Source of the DNA: a virus
DNA: 64,000 bases
Strand: one strand, 5' to 3'
IMG/VR virus record: IMGVR_UViG_3300025913_000030
Location: 10,705-74,704 of that record
Below, piece after piece: positions 36,488 to 45,144 of this stretch. Below the pieces are notes generated by a model. The model made no database searches. It saw only the letters and a list, made by a program, of their open reading frames with translations, and was not told where the DNA came from. The stretch's first letter is position 1. Every line of letters begins with the position of its first letter. The position numbers and the translations under genes were made by a program.

Positions 36488-36666
36488 CGCCCGCGCTTCC
36501 TTCCCTTGCGCTTGCCGCCGGCCCGGGTCACCGGGGCCCGCGACAGGTCGATGACGCTGTTCGTGTCGTACGTCCACGGCAGCCAATCGGAAATGGTGTG
36601 CGCGGCGAACTGACTCGGATCGCCTCGTTCGGCGACCAGCTGGTCATAGATCGGTGTCGTTGTCAT
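36484..36666 (-). CDS. Hypothetical protein
   Basis: TTPIYDQLVAERG; RBS GAGGAGG. Confidence 0.6.
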   Translation of the reverse strand: MTTTPIYDQLVAERGDPSQFAAHTISDWLPWTYDTNSVIDLSRAPVTRAGGKRKGRKRGR

Positions 36667-36919
36667 GGTTCTTCCTCCTCTCCTCGGCGTCGGGATACCG
36701 GCCGCGTACGCGCGCCGAGATCTCGTCCACCCGGTCCCAGTACTGCCGCGGCAGCGTGCACTTGTCGGCGCACCACGAGACCAGGGCGCAGACCAGGATG
36801 GCGGGGTCGGTGCGCACGACCCGGTGGTGCGTGGCGATGCTCTCGGGCAGGAACGCCTGGCGGACCGGCTTGTAGGCCTTGGCCAGCAGCGCGATCTGCT
36901 CCTCCAGGCTGCTGCTCAC
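36644..36919 (-). CDS. Hypothetical protein
   Basis: Coupled ORF. Confidence 0.55.
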   Translation of the reverse strand: MSSSLEEQIALLAKAYKPVRQAFLPESIATHHRVVRTDPAILVCALVSWCADKCTLPRQYWDRVDEISARVRGRYPDAEERRKNHDNDTDL

Positions 36920-37167
36920 GCGGCTTGCGGTTCGAAGGCCGCGGCCAGCAGCTTGTACCAGTGCTCGATCTGGTCCTTGACCGTGCGCTCCTCCAGCCAG
37001 CCGTCCTTGGCCCAGCTCGCGCGCAGGGCGTAGAGCTCCTTGGCGGTCGCCCACGTCTTGAGGCACTGGTTGTGGTTGTAGTTGGTGGTCGGCGGCTCGG
37101 TCACGAGCGCGTGCAGCGCGCGGTGCAGGGCCGTAGAGGTCTCCGTGCGCAGGTCGGGCAGCGTCAT
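36916..37167 (-). CDS. Hypothetical protein
   Basis: Coupled ORF. Confidence 0.55.
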   Translation of the reverse strand: MTLPDLRTETSTALHRALHALVTEPPTTNYNHNQCLKTWATAKELYALRASWAKDGWLEERTVKDQIEHWYKLLAAAFEPQAA

Positions 37168-37451
37168 CCGGCGTTCACCCACTTCCTCAGCTCGTCCGTG
37201 GTCAGGGCGAGCCTGGCCTCCAGGTCCTTGTTCTTGCGCTCCAGTTCGGCGCAGTTGGCGCACACCGCCGGCTTGCGCACCTGGTCGAGTCGGTAGGTGC
37301 GCGGGAAGGCATCGCCCTTCACCTGCACCTGGTACAGCTCCCGGCCGGAACCGAGCGAGTTGGCGGTCAGCACCACACCGGTCTTCCAACCGGTCAGTTG
37401 CTTGACCTCGACCTGTTCGCCCGGCCGGAATGTCGTGGCAGGCTTAGGCAC
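37164..37451 (-). CDS. Hypothetical KOW-like protein with coiled coil
   Basis: FRPGEQVEV...GVV; RBS AGGAGG. Confidence 0.55.
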   Translation of the reverse strand: MPKPATTFRPGEQVEVKQLTGWKTGVVLTANSLGSGRELYQVQVKGDAFPRTYRLDQVRKPAVCANCAELERKNKDLEARLALTTDELRKWVNAG

Positions 37452-37737
37452 CGCGCCTCCTGGGATCGCGCGTCATCTCGTCCAGCGTCAGCACGAAGCG
37501 CCCGGGCGGAGGGAAAACACCCGTCCGGAAACACAGCGCCACGGCGTGCGCGGCGTCATGCGCGCCCAGCCGTGCGAACGCCCGGCGCAGGTGCGACTTA
37601 ACCGTCAGGTTACTGATACCGACTCTGTTGCCAGTGTCCTCGTAGGTCAGTCCGTGTGCCTTGCACCAGAGCACTTGCACCTCACGGGACGTCAGCGGGC
37701 TGCCGTGCGGCGGCTTCGGCGCCTTGCTGTCGCTCAT
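37444..37737 (-). CDS. Stand-alone LuxR/NarL HTH protein, BldM C-domain-like
   Basis: LTSREVQVL..AHG..TVKSHLRRAFARLGAHDAAHAVALCFRTG. Confidence 0.85.
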   Translation of the reverse strand: MSDSKAPKPPHGSPLTSREVQVLWCKAHGLTYEDTGNRVGISNLTVKSHLRRAFARLGAHDAAHAVALCFRTGVFPPPGRFVLTLDEMTRDPRRRGA

Positions 37738-37964
37738 GCGGTCTCCCTCCAGTGGTCCCGGGCGAAGATGAGCTTCTCGGCCAGGGACGTCAGCCGCTCG
37801 AAATACACGGGGCTCACGGTCTCCAGGCCCGGCTGCTCGGGTAGGGAGGTGACCGAGGTCAGCCGCGCCGCGGCCAGGCCGCAGAGCAGGTCTACGTCGT
37901 CCCGGTCCAGTTCCCGGCTGCGTCGCTCGGCGATCCGGCGCAGCGTGCGTTCCCGTCGGCTCAT
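37734..37964 (-). CDS. Hypothetical protein
   Basis: Coupled ORF. Confidence 0.55.
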   Translation of the reverse strand: MSRRERTLRRIAERRSRELDRDDVDLLCGLAAARLTSVTSLPEQPGLETVSPVYFERLTSLAEKLIFARDHWRETA

Positions 37965-38335
37965 GCCAGAGCCTGTTCCAGCATCTGGCACAGCGCCTCG
38001 GACAGCGGACCGCCGCTGAACTCGTTGATCACGGTCAGCAGCCCCAGCGCCTCGTTGTTCAGCTGCGGGTCGCCGGGCAGCACCCAGCGCAGTACGTCCG
38101 GGTCGTTCAGGTTCCACTCCTCCCGCGGTGCGGGCGTGACACCAGTACCGCTGCGGACGGCGACCAGGCCCTTGGCCCGCAACTCGGCGAGCGCATCGCG
38201 CACGACGGTGCGGGAGACGGCGTACTGCTTCGCCAGGTCCTCGGTCGTCGTGGGGTTCGCCAGTTCGCCCGTGACAATGCGCGGGCCGAGGATGCCGGCC
38301 AGGGACTTGCCCATGGATCCTTGCGTCATGATCAT
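37961..38335 (-). CDS. Truncated GntR/FadR HTH regulator, WhiH-like
   Basis: IVTGEL..YAVSRTVVRDALAELRAKGLV..WNLNDPDVLRW; no full effector domain. Confidence 0.82.
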   Translation of the reverse strand: MIMTQGSMGKSLAGILGPRIVTGELANPTTTEDLAKQYAVSRTVVRDALAELRAKGLVAVRSGTGVTPAPREEWNLNDPDVLRWVLPGDPQLNNEALGLLTVINEFSGGPLSEALCQMLEQALA

Positions 38336-38841
38336 CGATAGGCTCCAGTCGTGATGCGGCAGCGGACCGCTTCCATGGCGCGCAGCTGCAGTTGTTTGGC
38401 CGCGCCGTCGCTGATGGCGAGCGCGGCCGAGGTCTCCTTGATCGACAGGTCACGCAGAAACCTCAGCTCCAGGCAGCGGCGCTGGTTGGGGACCAGGCCG
38501 CGCAGCGCCTGATTGACCGTGGTGCGGTACAGCGTCTGCTGGACCTGCTCCCACACGTCGGGGGCGACGCGGTCGGCGTCGTACATGTCTGCCGTGGGCA
38601 CTTCGCAGCGCACGCGCGCCGACTTCAGATGGTCGGCGAGCAGGTTGCGCGCGATCGTGACCAGCCACGCCTGCCTGCAGCTGCCGCGCTCGGTGTAGCT
38701 GTCCCAGCGGGCCAGGGCACGGGCGAAGGTCTCCGCCGTCAGATCCTCGGCGGTCTCGTGGTGGCGCAGCCGCTTGTAGAGGAACTGGAAGACGAACCGG
38801 TGACTCTCGCGGTAGGCCTGCTCGATCCCGTCAGCGTCCAC
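38332..38841 (-). CDS. ECF sigma factor, BldN-like
   Basis: TAEDLTAETFARAL, AWLVTIARNLLADHLKS, LRF..LSIKET..GAAKQLQLRA. Confidence 0.9.
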   Translation of the reverse strand: MDADGIEQAYRESHRFVFQFLYKRLRHHETAEDLTAETFARALARWDSYTERGSCRQAWLVTIARNLLADHLKSARVRCEVPTADMYDADRVAPDVWEQVQQTLYRTTVNQALRGLVPNQRRCLELRFLRDLSIKETSAALAISDGAAKQLQLRAMEAVRCRITTGAYR

Positions 38842-39082
38842 GGACCGACCTCGAGATCCGCACGAAGCGGGGCAGGGCGTACGCGGCGGCCACGGGAATG
38901 GCCAGGCCGGCGTAGATCAGCACGAGAGTGGCGCCGATCTGGGCCGACATCGTCCACTGGTGCACCATCCACTGCGCGGTCAACGTGCCGGCGACGAACA
39001 GGACCAGTCCAGTGGTGGCGAGAACGATGGCGGTGTCGGTCAGGTCCCGGAAGGTGCGAGAGCGCAGGATTCGGTGCAGCAT
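38831..39082 (-). CDS. Membrane protein (2 TM)
   Basis: Two hydrophobic helices. Confidence 0.6.
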   Translation of the reverse strand: MLHRILRSRTFRDLTDTAIVLATTGLVLFVAGTLTAQWMVHQWTMSAQIGATLVLIYAGLAIPVAAAYALPRFVRISRSVRGR

Positions 39083-39118
39083 GGATCCCCCATTACGCGG
39101 ATAAATCAGTACAGTCAG

Positions 39119-39148
39119 ATCGTACGATGGTGTGTGACTATCTGTCAA
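39119..39148 (-). promoter_or_regulatory. Promoter plus operator upstream of the sigma/regulator operon
   Basis: TTGACA-18-TACGAT containing GATAGTCAC. Confidence 0.8.
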
Positions 39149-39164
39149 ACAAGAGGGTTGTCAC

Positions 39165-39311
39165 TCAGTCATTTCGGTTGGGGAAGCAGCATTCGTCGAG
39201 CGTGCAGAAGAAACACGCCATGCAGCAACCGCACTCCGGGCAGAAGTCCTCACCGCAGACCGGCTCGCGCTCCTCGTCTTCCTGCGCGTCCTCGCCCGTC
39301 TCGCCGGTCAC
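39165..39311 (-). CDS. Cys-rich 48-aa microprotein
   Basis: GTGA-coupled; ..CGEDFCPECGCCMACFFCTLDECCFPNRND. Confidence 0.55.
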   Translation of the reverse strand: MTGETGEDAQEDEEREPVCGEDFCPECGCCMACFFCTLDECCFPNRND

Positions 39312-39898
39312 GGCGCGACGGGCGGATACAGGGCTGCGTACTCGTCCCAGATCCCGGCTTCCTTCAGCAGGGCGATGACGAGTTTCCCGGCCGGGGTGAC
39401 TCCGTAGAAGTCGGAGAAGGGCCGCTTATCCGTCCGGCTGCCGTCGTACCGGTGCCAGATCAGGCCGCGGCGCTCCAGACCCGGTGCACCCGTCGCGAAC
39501 ATCGACGGGCTTCTCACCCAGGTAACGGGATCCAGGCGGTGGCCGCCGGCCGCCTCCAGGCGCAGCACCCAGTCGATGTGCACGAGCGCCTCGATCAGGG
39601 TCTTGCCGAGGTCGAGACGGAACGCCGAGCCTGTCACATAGGCACGGAAGGCCTGGTTCACTGCGGGCGCCCGGGCGGGCTCGGTCGCGGCCAGTGCCTC
39701 GTCGCAGTCCGGACAGGGTGAGTGGTCCCGCTCGATGTGCTCGCGCGCCGCGTCCTCGACGATCCGGCGAATACCGGTCGTCGACCAGCAGTCCATGGTC
39801 GGGCCGGCGGTGCAGCGCGCCTCGTGCCAGTCGGTGCGGGCGCTCTCGATCTCCTGGATCTCGATGTGCTGGTCGAACTCACTCGTCAGCGTGGACAC
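39308..39898 (-). CDS. Hypothetical protein
   Basis: 196 aa; possible winged-helix C-domain (GLERRGLI..YGVTPAG). Confidence 0.6.
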   Translation of the reverse strand: MSTLTSEFDQHIEIQEIESARTDWHEARCTAGPTMDCWSTTGIRRIVEDAAREHIERDHSPCPDCDEALAATEPARAPAVNQAFRAYVTGSAFRLDLGKTLIEALVHIDWVLRLEAAGGHRLDPVTWVRSPSMFATGAPGLERRGLIWHRYDGSRTDKRPFSDFYGVTPAGKLVIALLKEAGIWDEYAALYPPVAP

Positions 39899-40223
39899 AG
39901 AGATCCTCCTTGCAGTCGGCGTGCCGCTCCAACACCTTCACAACGCCGCACGGCCAGGTGTCGCCTGGGTAGCCGCGGTGCGGGCAGCCGCCACACTCCA
40001 GCCACGCCTCGAGCCAGTGCAGAACAGGGAAGTGGCGATCGACCAGATCAGAGGAGAGGCAGTCGCCACGGGGCAGGATTTTCAAGCGCAGTGCCTGGTG
40101 CCGATCCTGGGCCATGGCCATGCGCTCAGTCCGGGCGGCAGCCAGCTGGAGAGCCTCCTGTGCCCGGTCTTCCTTGCGTTTCTGCCGGGCCGCGTACCGT
40201 TCAGCGGCTGTAAGACGTGTCAC
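39879..40223 (-). CDS. Hypothetical protein with Cys motifs
   Basis: CGGC..WPC. Confidence 0.55.
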   Translation of the reverse strand: MTRLTAAERYAARQKRKEDRAQEALQLAAARTERMAMAQDRHQALRLKILPRGDCLSSDLVDRHFPVLHWLEAWLECGGCPHRGYPGDTWPCGVVKVLERHADCKEDLCVHADE

Positions 40224-40406
40224 TGCCCCACCTCCGCGTCAGTACCGAAGACGAGCTCGTAGAGCGCGTCCGCGATGTGGTCGGTCTCCTCGGCAACTGC
40301 GAGTTCGAAGTCTGCGATTTTTTTTTTCCTCCCCGGCCCAACTGCACAGGCAGCGGGCCCGCACGGTGCCCTGGGAGGGGAGCAGGACGATATACGTCTC
40401 GTGCAT
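40220..40406 (-). pseudogene. Small gene frameshifted at an A10 homopolymer
   Basis: 187 nt (3n+1) from ATG to coupled TGA; A9 would restore the frame. Confidence 0.55.
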
Positions 40407-40909
40407 CAGGCGGTCCGAGACTCGATGTCCTCGATCCAGGCCGAGCACACCGCCATGACCTGAACCAGTTCGCCGACCAGCTTCTCGGGATCAGTCTCCG
40501 CGAAGGCCTCGGCGACTTCCTCGTTCAGGATCAGCCGCCAGCCGGGGCCGCCAGGCGTGTGCGCGGCTGCGCCCTGGCAGATGGTCCGGGCGAGGTCGGC
40601 GGCCCGTTGCAGGCCTTCGCCGCCCGTGTCGTCCGGGTGCTGCTGGTGGCCCCACTTCTCCATCTGGCGCTGCCGCTCGGCCGCGACGCGTTCGAGGACG
40701 GACAGCGTCTCGGGCGAGGTCTCGTAGTCGGGCAGCACGGGGACGCCCCGGTCCGGCTCGGCGGCCAACCGGTGCGCCGTCTTGGCGCTGGTGGCCAGCG
40801 CCCTGCCGATCAACGTGTCGGTGAACGTGCCGATCGCCTCGCCGCAGGCGCACTCGACGCGCAACCAGTCGCCGTCCAGGGCCCGGGTGTAGATCGTGTG
40901 CTCGGCCAT
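40406..40909 (-). CDS. MazG-like NTP pyrophosphohydrolase domain protein
   Basis: ERQRQMEKWG..LNEEVAEA..ELVQVMAV..AWIE. Confidence 0.65.
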   Translation of the reverse strand: MAEHTIYTRALDGDWLRVECACGEAIGTFTDTLIGRALATSAKTAHRLAAEPDRGVPVLPDYETSPETLSVLERVAAERQRQMEKWGHQQHPDDTGGEGLQRAADLARTICQGAAAHTPGGPGWRLILNEEVAEAFAETDPEKLVGELVQVMAVCSAWIEDIESRTA

Positions 40910-41166
40910 CAGATCCGGACCTCCAGCCAGTGCTGCGAGCCGTCCGTCTCGGCGGCCAACACCGCAGTGCGCGGGGCGGCGTGAACGGACACGGTCTCCA
41001 GTGAGACCTGCCGGCCGCAGCGCGGGCACGCCATCATGATCGCTCCGTCGTCGATCTCGACCTTGACTTCGTCGCCGGCCGCGAGCGCGCAGGTGCAGTA
41101 GATCTCGTCGAGGTCTGGCGCCTCAGACGTCGATGTGGCGATCACCAGGTTCAGCATCCGCGCCAC
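40909..41166 (-). CDS. Hypothetical protein
   Basis: CTC..CPRC. Confidence 0.5.
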   Translation of the reverse strand: MARMLNLVIATSTSEAPDLDEIYCTCALAAGDEVKVEIDDGAIMMACPRCGRQVSLETVSVHAAPRTAVLAAETDGSQHWLEVRI

Positions 41167-41263
41167 CTCCCCGGGCAGCGAAGGCCTGGGCCCAGGCGAT
41201 GCCGACGAACATCACGCACACCGCGCCGACGACGATCGACAAAAACTGTTCGAACCCTGTCAT
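41123..41263 (-). CDS. Small membrane protein
   Basis: Single TM helix. Confidence 0.45.
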   Translation of the reverse strand: MTGFEQFLSIVVGAVCVMFVGIAWAQAFAARGGGADAEPGDRHIDV

Positions 41264-41433
41264 GGAAGTCTGTCCAGCTCTCCTAGGTGGAAGGTCAGAG
41301 GCTCGGTGTCTCCGTCGAGCAGCACGCTGCACATCCGCGTCTGGATCGTGAGCACCTTGCCGGTCTCGCCCATCAGCGAACTCATGCGGTTGGAGACCAT
41401 CACCCGGTCTCCGGGCGTCAGTGGAGCTTTCAC
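41260..41433 (-). CDS. 57-aa KOW-like protein (not in ORF track)
   Basis: VKAPLTPGDRVMV...GETGKVL...GEL; coupled at both ends. Confidence 0.55.
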   Translation of the reverse strand: MKAPLTPGDRVMVSNRMSSLMGETGKVLTIQTRMCSVLLDGDTEPLTFHLGELDRLP

Positions 41434-42038
41434 GCCAGCTGCTCGAGCAACTGGGTGAGGAAGGGCATGTACTTCTCGCCGAGCGGACCGTGCTGCGCCG
41501 ATTCGAGCGCGACGCGCGTCAGATGGATCTTGCGCTCCAGGTCCTCGACCTTGATCTCCAGCTCGTCCCGTTCCCCGCAGTGATCGCCGCAGAGGTCGGT
41601 AGCCTTTTCGAGCTCTTCCTTCGCCGTGCTCAGCTCGTCCGTCTTGTCGGCCAGCCTGCGGGCACGCCGGTTGAGCTCTTCCAGCAGCTCAGCGATGTAC
41701 TGCGGCGCGTCCTTGAGAAACCGCGCGACCGGGTTGTCAATGTCCCGGAACGTCTTCGGGTCGTAGTCGGTCCGCGGGACGATCAGATCCTTGGCATCCG
41801 TCATCAGCGACCAGCCGCTCGGCGCTTTCACAGGAAAGCGCGGCTGTGCTCCCTGCATGCCGCACCGGCTGAAGCCCATGACGTACAGCTGGCCGGAGTG
41901 TTGCGTGGCCAGGATCGGGCCGCCGCGCGTGTCGCCGATCCAGCCCCAGGGCGGCGCCGGAACAGCGCGCAGAGCGGTGAGGATCTCGTAGAGCCGCTGC
42001 GGTGTCATCCCGGGGCCCGACCCGTAGCGCTCGCTCAC
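41430..42038 (-). CDS. Hypothetical protein with C-terminal coiled coil
   Basis: PPWGWIG..YVMGFSRCGMQGAQPRF. Confidence 0.65.
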   Translation of the reverse strand: MSERYGSGPGMTPQRLYEILTALRAVPAPPWGWIGDTRGGPILATQHSGQLYVMGFSRCGMQGAQPRFPVKAPSGWSLMTDAKDLIVPRTDYDPKTFRDIDNPVARFLKDAPQYIAELLEELNRRARRLADKTDELSTAKEELEKATDLCGDHCGERDELEIKVEDLERKIHLTRVALESAQHGPLGEKYMPFLTQLLEQLA

Positions 42039-42235
42039 CGCTGCGCCGAGATGCTCGATCCGTCCCAGACCAGGGTGTCTCCGGCCTGGGCGAAGCACGC
42101 CAGCGGGCTGTCCGGCTGGGTGTAGATCACGCCGGAGTGCGACGGGGCCTTGACCGGGGCGGCCTTGCAGCCCCGCTCCACGAGCCACGCCGCGGCCTGC
42201 TCGACGTCGTCAACCGTGATCTTCTCCACTGTCAC
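42035..42235 (-). CDS. Hypothetical protein
   Basis: Coupled ORF. Confidence 0.55.
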   Translation of the reverse strand: MTVEKITVDDVEQAAAWLVERGCKAAPVKAPSHSGVIYTQPDSPLACFAQAGDTLVWDGSSISAQR

Positions 42236-42492
42236 TCCCCTGACTTCTCGTGCGTGTGCGTTTCGTCGAGCAGGCCGTCGACCGGCAGCTGCAACGCGTC
42301 CGCCAGCGACTTGAGGGCCGGCGCACTCGGCGGCCGATCTCCGGCCTCGTAGTGGCTGATCGAGCTGCGGTCCACCGGACAGGCGCTCTCCGACGTGCGT
42401 TTCGCCAGGTCCTCCTGTGTCAGTCCGGCGCGTTCACGCGCCTGACGCAGGCGCGCGGAGCTGAAGGGGAGTGAGAGGGAGGTGCGAGGCAT
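42232..42492 (-). CDS. Cro-like XRE HTH regulator
   Basis: LRQARERAGLTQEDLA..SISHYEAGDRPPS; leaderless start. Confidence 0.85.
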   Translation of the reverse strand: MPRTSLSLPFSSARLRQARERAGLTQEDLAKRTSESACPVDRSSISHYEAGDRPPSAPALKSLADALQLPVDGLLDETHTHEKSGE

Positions 42493-42499
42493 GGACGAA

Positions 42500-42600
42500 A
42501 AACTACCGCACATCACCGCACATGACAAGAGAAGAACGGCCTTCAACCGACTTCGCTTGGCCTCCGTCTCTATGTGCGCTAACGTGCGCGTATGAGCGCC
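42500..42600. promoter_or_regulatory. Divergent promoter region of the lysis/lysogeny switch
   Basis: Minus strand TTGTCA-17-TAGTTT; tandem ACCGCACAT repeats at 42505 and 42515. Confidence 0.65.
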
Positions 42601-42622
42601 CCATCACGAAAGGGCAACGCTT

Positions 42623-42997
42623 ATGTCGACGGATCCCCCGCCCGTCATCTTGGAACGCGCCGTCGAGGACCGACGGCTGGAGCTCGGCATCCGCAAGCAG
42701 GAGGTCGCCGAGCGCGCAGGTGTCACCGCGTCGTACCTGCGCCGTGTCCTGTCCGGGAAGAATCCGCTCTCCCCGGATCTGAAGGCGGGACTCGAGCGGG
42801 CATTGCAGTGGCCGCGAGGCCATATCGACAGCCTGCGACCTTCCGGCGACAGCGACCGGCCGCCGCCCGGATCCCGCTACACGCAAGAGGAATGGGACCG
42901 GCTCGATGCGACGGACCGGCAGTTGCTCATCGACATCCACCGAAAACTGACTGATCACCAGAATCACCCGGCTGTGCGACGCAGAGTAGCCAGGTGA
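42623..42997 (+). CDS. CI-like XRE repressor
   Basis: RRLELGIRKQEVAERAGVTASYLRRVLSG..LERALQWPRG; divergent from cro-like gene. Confidence 0.8.
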   Translation: MSTDPPPVILERAVEDRRLELGIRKQEVAERAGVTASYLRRVLSGKNPLSPDLKAGLERALQWPRGHIDSLRPSGDSDRPPPGSRYTQEEWDRLDATDRQLLIDIHRKLTDHQNHPAVRRRVAR

Positions 42998-43689
42998 TGA
43001 GTAGGCTTATCCGAATGACTGACGGTCTATTCATCATCTTGTGCGCTGTAGCCGTGGTCGGAACCAGTGTGATTTGGATTCAGGCCCGGCGTATCAGGCA
43101 ACTGCAACGCAAGATCGACGTTCACGCCGAAGCGTTGCGGATGCTCGCTCAGCCGATCCACGTCGAACTGCCGCCCGAGCCGCCGACGAAACCCGATCTG
43201 CGAGTGATCAAGGGCGGCATGGTCGCGTTCAGCGCGGCGGCTTCGGGAACGATGGCCTTCCTGCACCGCCACGCGGGAGCGGTGAGCACGGTCGCGGCCG
43301 GACTCGTCGGCGGGATTCTCGCCGGGGCTCTGATCTTTACCAACCGCGGGATCCGCACGCCTTCAGTACTGCGCCCGTTGCCCGGGCCTGGGATCACGCT
43401 GCCATCGTCTGCCGCGCCATCCGTCTCCACGAGCAGCGTTCCGCCCTCCACGACCGTCACGGAACCGATCACTTCTCCCCCGTCAGCCGCGGTAGTGCCG
43501 GCCGTCGTCGGGCGAAGGCCGTCCCCGATCCCCCGACCTGCAGTACCTTCCACACAGCGCACGACGGCCGTACCGTCTCCTGCGGGAAGCTCGGTCAGCT
43601 TCACGCCGTCGTCGGTACGGCCGTCGCCGTGTCCGGTCGGTCTGAAACTACGACTTGACCCGGTCCTGAGAATCGAGGTCTGCGCCTGA
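42994..43689 (+). CDS. Membrane protein with Pro/Ser-rich tail
   Basis: TM segments; coupled to the repressor gene. Confidence 0.6.
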   Translation: MMSRLIRMTDGLFIILCAVAVVGTSVIWIQARRIRQLQRKIDVHAEALRMLAQPIHVELPPEPPTKPDLRVIKGGMVAFSAAASGTMAFLHRHAGAVSTVAAGLVGGILAGALIFTNRGIRTPSVLRPLPGPGITLPSSAAPSVSTSSVPPSTTVTEPITSPPSAAVVPAVVGRRPSPIPRPAVPSTQRTTAVPSPAGSSVSFTPSSVRPSPCPVGLKLRLDPVLRIEVCA

Positions 43690-43827
43690 CTGGCGCTGCC
43701 CCTTGACCCGTCGTGTCTCGCCAATCGACGCGGCAACGGTCAGTACCGTTGCGATACCGAGCAGGACCCACATAGCGATCTTCAAATGCGCGTATCCGAG
43801 AATGATCGACCCACCGAGCAGCATCAT
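43648..43827 (-). CDS. Small membrane protein
   Basis: Two short hydrophobic segments. Confidence 0.4.
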   Translation of the reverse strand: MMLLGGSIILGYAHLKIAMWVLLGIATVLTVAASIGETRRVKGQRQSGADLDSQDRVKS

Positions 43828-44006
43828 GGCTGCGGCGGCGAGCCTGTCCGAGTTCTTCTTCGTCGTCTCCGCTTCCCGTCGAATTCGATGACTTCGTGCC
43901 GACACCTCGGGCAGAACCGGGTGCGGTACATCGCCCGGCGCACGCCATTGGTCCAAGCACCCCATTCGCCCTGGTGACCGCGTACCAGGCACACCAGCCG
44001 CTTCAC
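43824..44006 (-). CDS. Small Zn-ribbon-like protein
   Basis: CLVRGH...CPRC. Confidence 0.5.
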   Translation of the reverse strand: MKRLVCLVRGHQGEWGAWTNGVRRAMYRTRFCPRCRHEVIEFDGKRRRRRRTRTGSPPQP

Positions 44007-44010
44007 AGGG

Positions 44011-44610
44011 CTACTTCTGCAGCTGCGGGACGCTCGCGTACGTGGGGATCGGCGCGTTCGAGACCAGGAACGGAAGGTCGGTCTCGACGAGCGCGCCGCC
44101 GACGGTGCGGAAGAAGACGCCGAACTGTCCGCCTTCGTCAGGGCCGTAGGACCCGTCGTCGCCCGGAGCGTCGTTCGTGCACTCCGTGCCGCCGCAGCCG
44201 ACATTGACCTGTGTGGAGGTCATCTGGCTGGCCGTGCTGCTGACCTTGCCCTGGATCACGTAGTAGCCGACGACCTGGCCGGAGAAAGTGAAGACGTAGA
44301 CGTAGTTGGTATTGCCCTTGGAGTTGTACTGCTGCAGGCGGAAGGCGAGGTTCTTGCGCTCCAGCGGGTCGGAGGGCGACTGGGCGGTGCAGTTACCGTT
44401 CTTGTCGCAGTTGGCGTAGGGGTAGGGCACCGCCTGGCTGAAGACCTGGCTGATGGCGCCGGACAGGTTGTTCTGGACGTGCTGGTTGGCGTCGGCGCTC
44501 TGGGTCGAGCGGCAGGCCGCCAGGCTGATCGTCAGCCCGAGGGCGACCAGCGCGCCGACGAGCAGGGTCCGTACGCGGCGTGTGTGTGCACGCGGGGAGC
44601 GGTTGTTCAC
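44011..44610 (-). CDS. Lipoprotein
   Basis: Lipobox LAAC; GYYVIQGKVSS..SQMT..DDGSYG..GVFF. Confidence 0.75.
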   Translation of the reverse strand: MNNRSPRAHTRRVRTLLVGALVALGLTISLAACRSTQSADANQHVQNNLSGAISQVFSQAVPYPYANCDKNGNCTAQSPSDPLERKNLAFRLQQYNSKGNTNYVYVFTFSGQVVGYYVIQGKVSSTASQMTSTQVNVGCGGTECTNDAPGDDGSYGPDEGGQFGVFFRTVGGALVETDLPFLVSNAPIPTYASVPQLQK

Positions 44611-45056
44611 GGGGTCTGCAGTCCTGTCGTGTTGGCGGCGCACTGCGCCTGCGCGTCGAGATGGTCGGGGTATCCGTCTGGGATGACGGCCAGGGCGTTA
44701 CCGGCGTCGGTGTTGTATTGAGCGACGTCGTTGCTGCAGGCCATCTCGACACCGGTCAGGTTGGTCGCGTCGATGGCGGTGGCGTGCGAACCGGCGGCAG
44801 CCTGCGCCGCGGTGCGGATGTTGCGCTGGTCGGCCTGGACGGTCTCGTAGTCGCCCTTGATCGTCGCCGACCAGTGCTCGCGGTTGGCGGCGGTGCCGCG
44901 CTGCTGCTGGATCTGCAGCGTGCCCTTCGCCCCGCTCGTGCTCGCGGACAACTCCCGCAATCCCCACACCAGAGCGAGCAAGGCGATGATCGCCAGTACG
45001 CAGTAGAACAGGACCCGGCCGAGACGGAAGTCGCCGCGGTCGTCATAGATGCTCAC
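44607..45056 (-). CDS. Membrane-anchored protein
   Basis: N-terminal TM helix; C...YN motif. Confidence 0.65.
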   Translation of the reverse strand: MSIYDDRGDFRLGRVLFYCVLAIIALLALVWGLRELSASTSGAKGTLQIQQQRGTAANREHWSATIKGDYETVQADQRNIRTAAQAAAGSHATAIDATNLTGVEMACSNDVAQYNTDAGNALAVIPDGYPDHLDAQAQCAANTTGLQTP

Positions 45057-45114
45057 ATCAGACCTCTGAGTCTGGTTAGCTTCGGGCGGAAATGCCCGAT
45101 TTTCAGATGATGCG

Positions 45115-45144
45115 ATGCTAGGGAAGGGCGTGACTATCTGTCAA
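45115..45144 (-). promoter_or_regulatory. Promoter plus operator
   Basis: TTGACA-18-TAGCAT containing GATAGTCAC. Confidence 0.78.
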
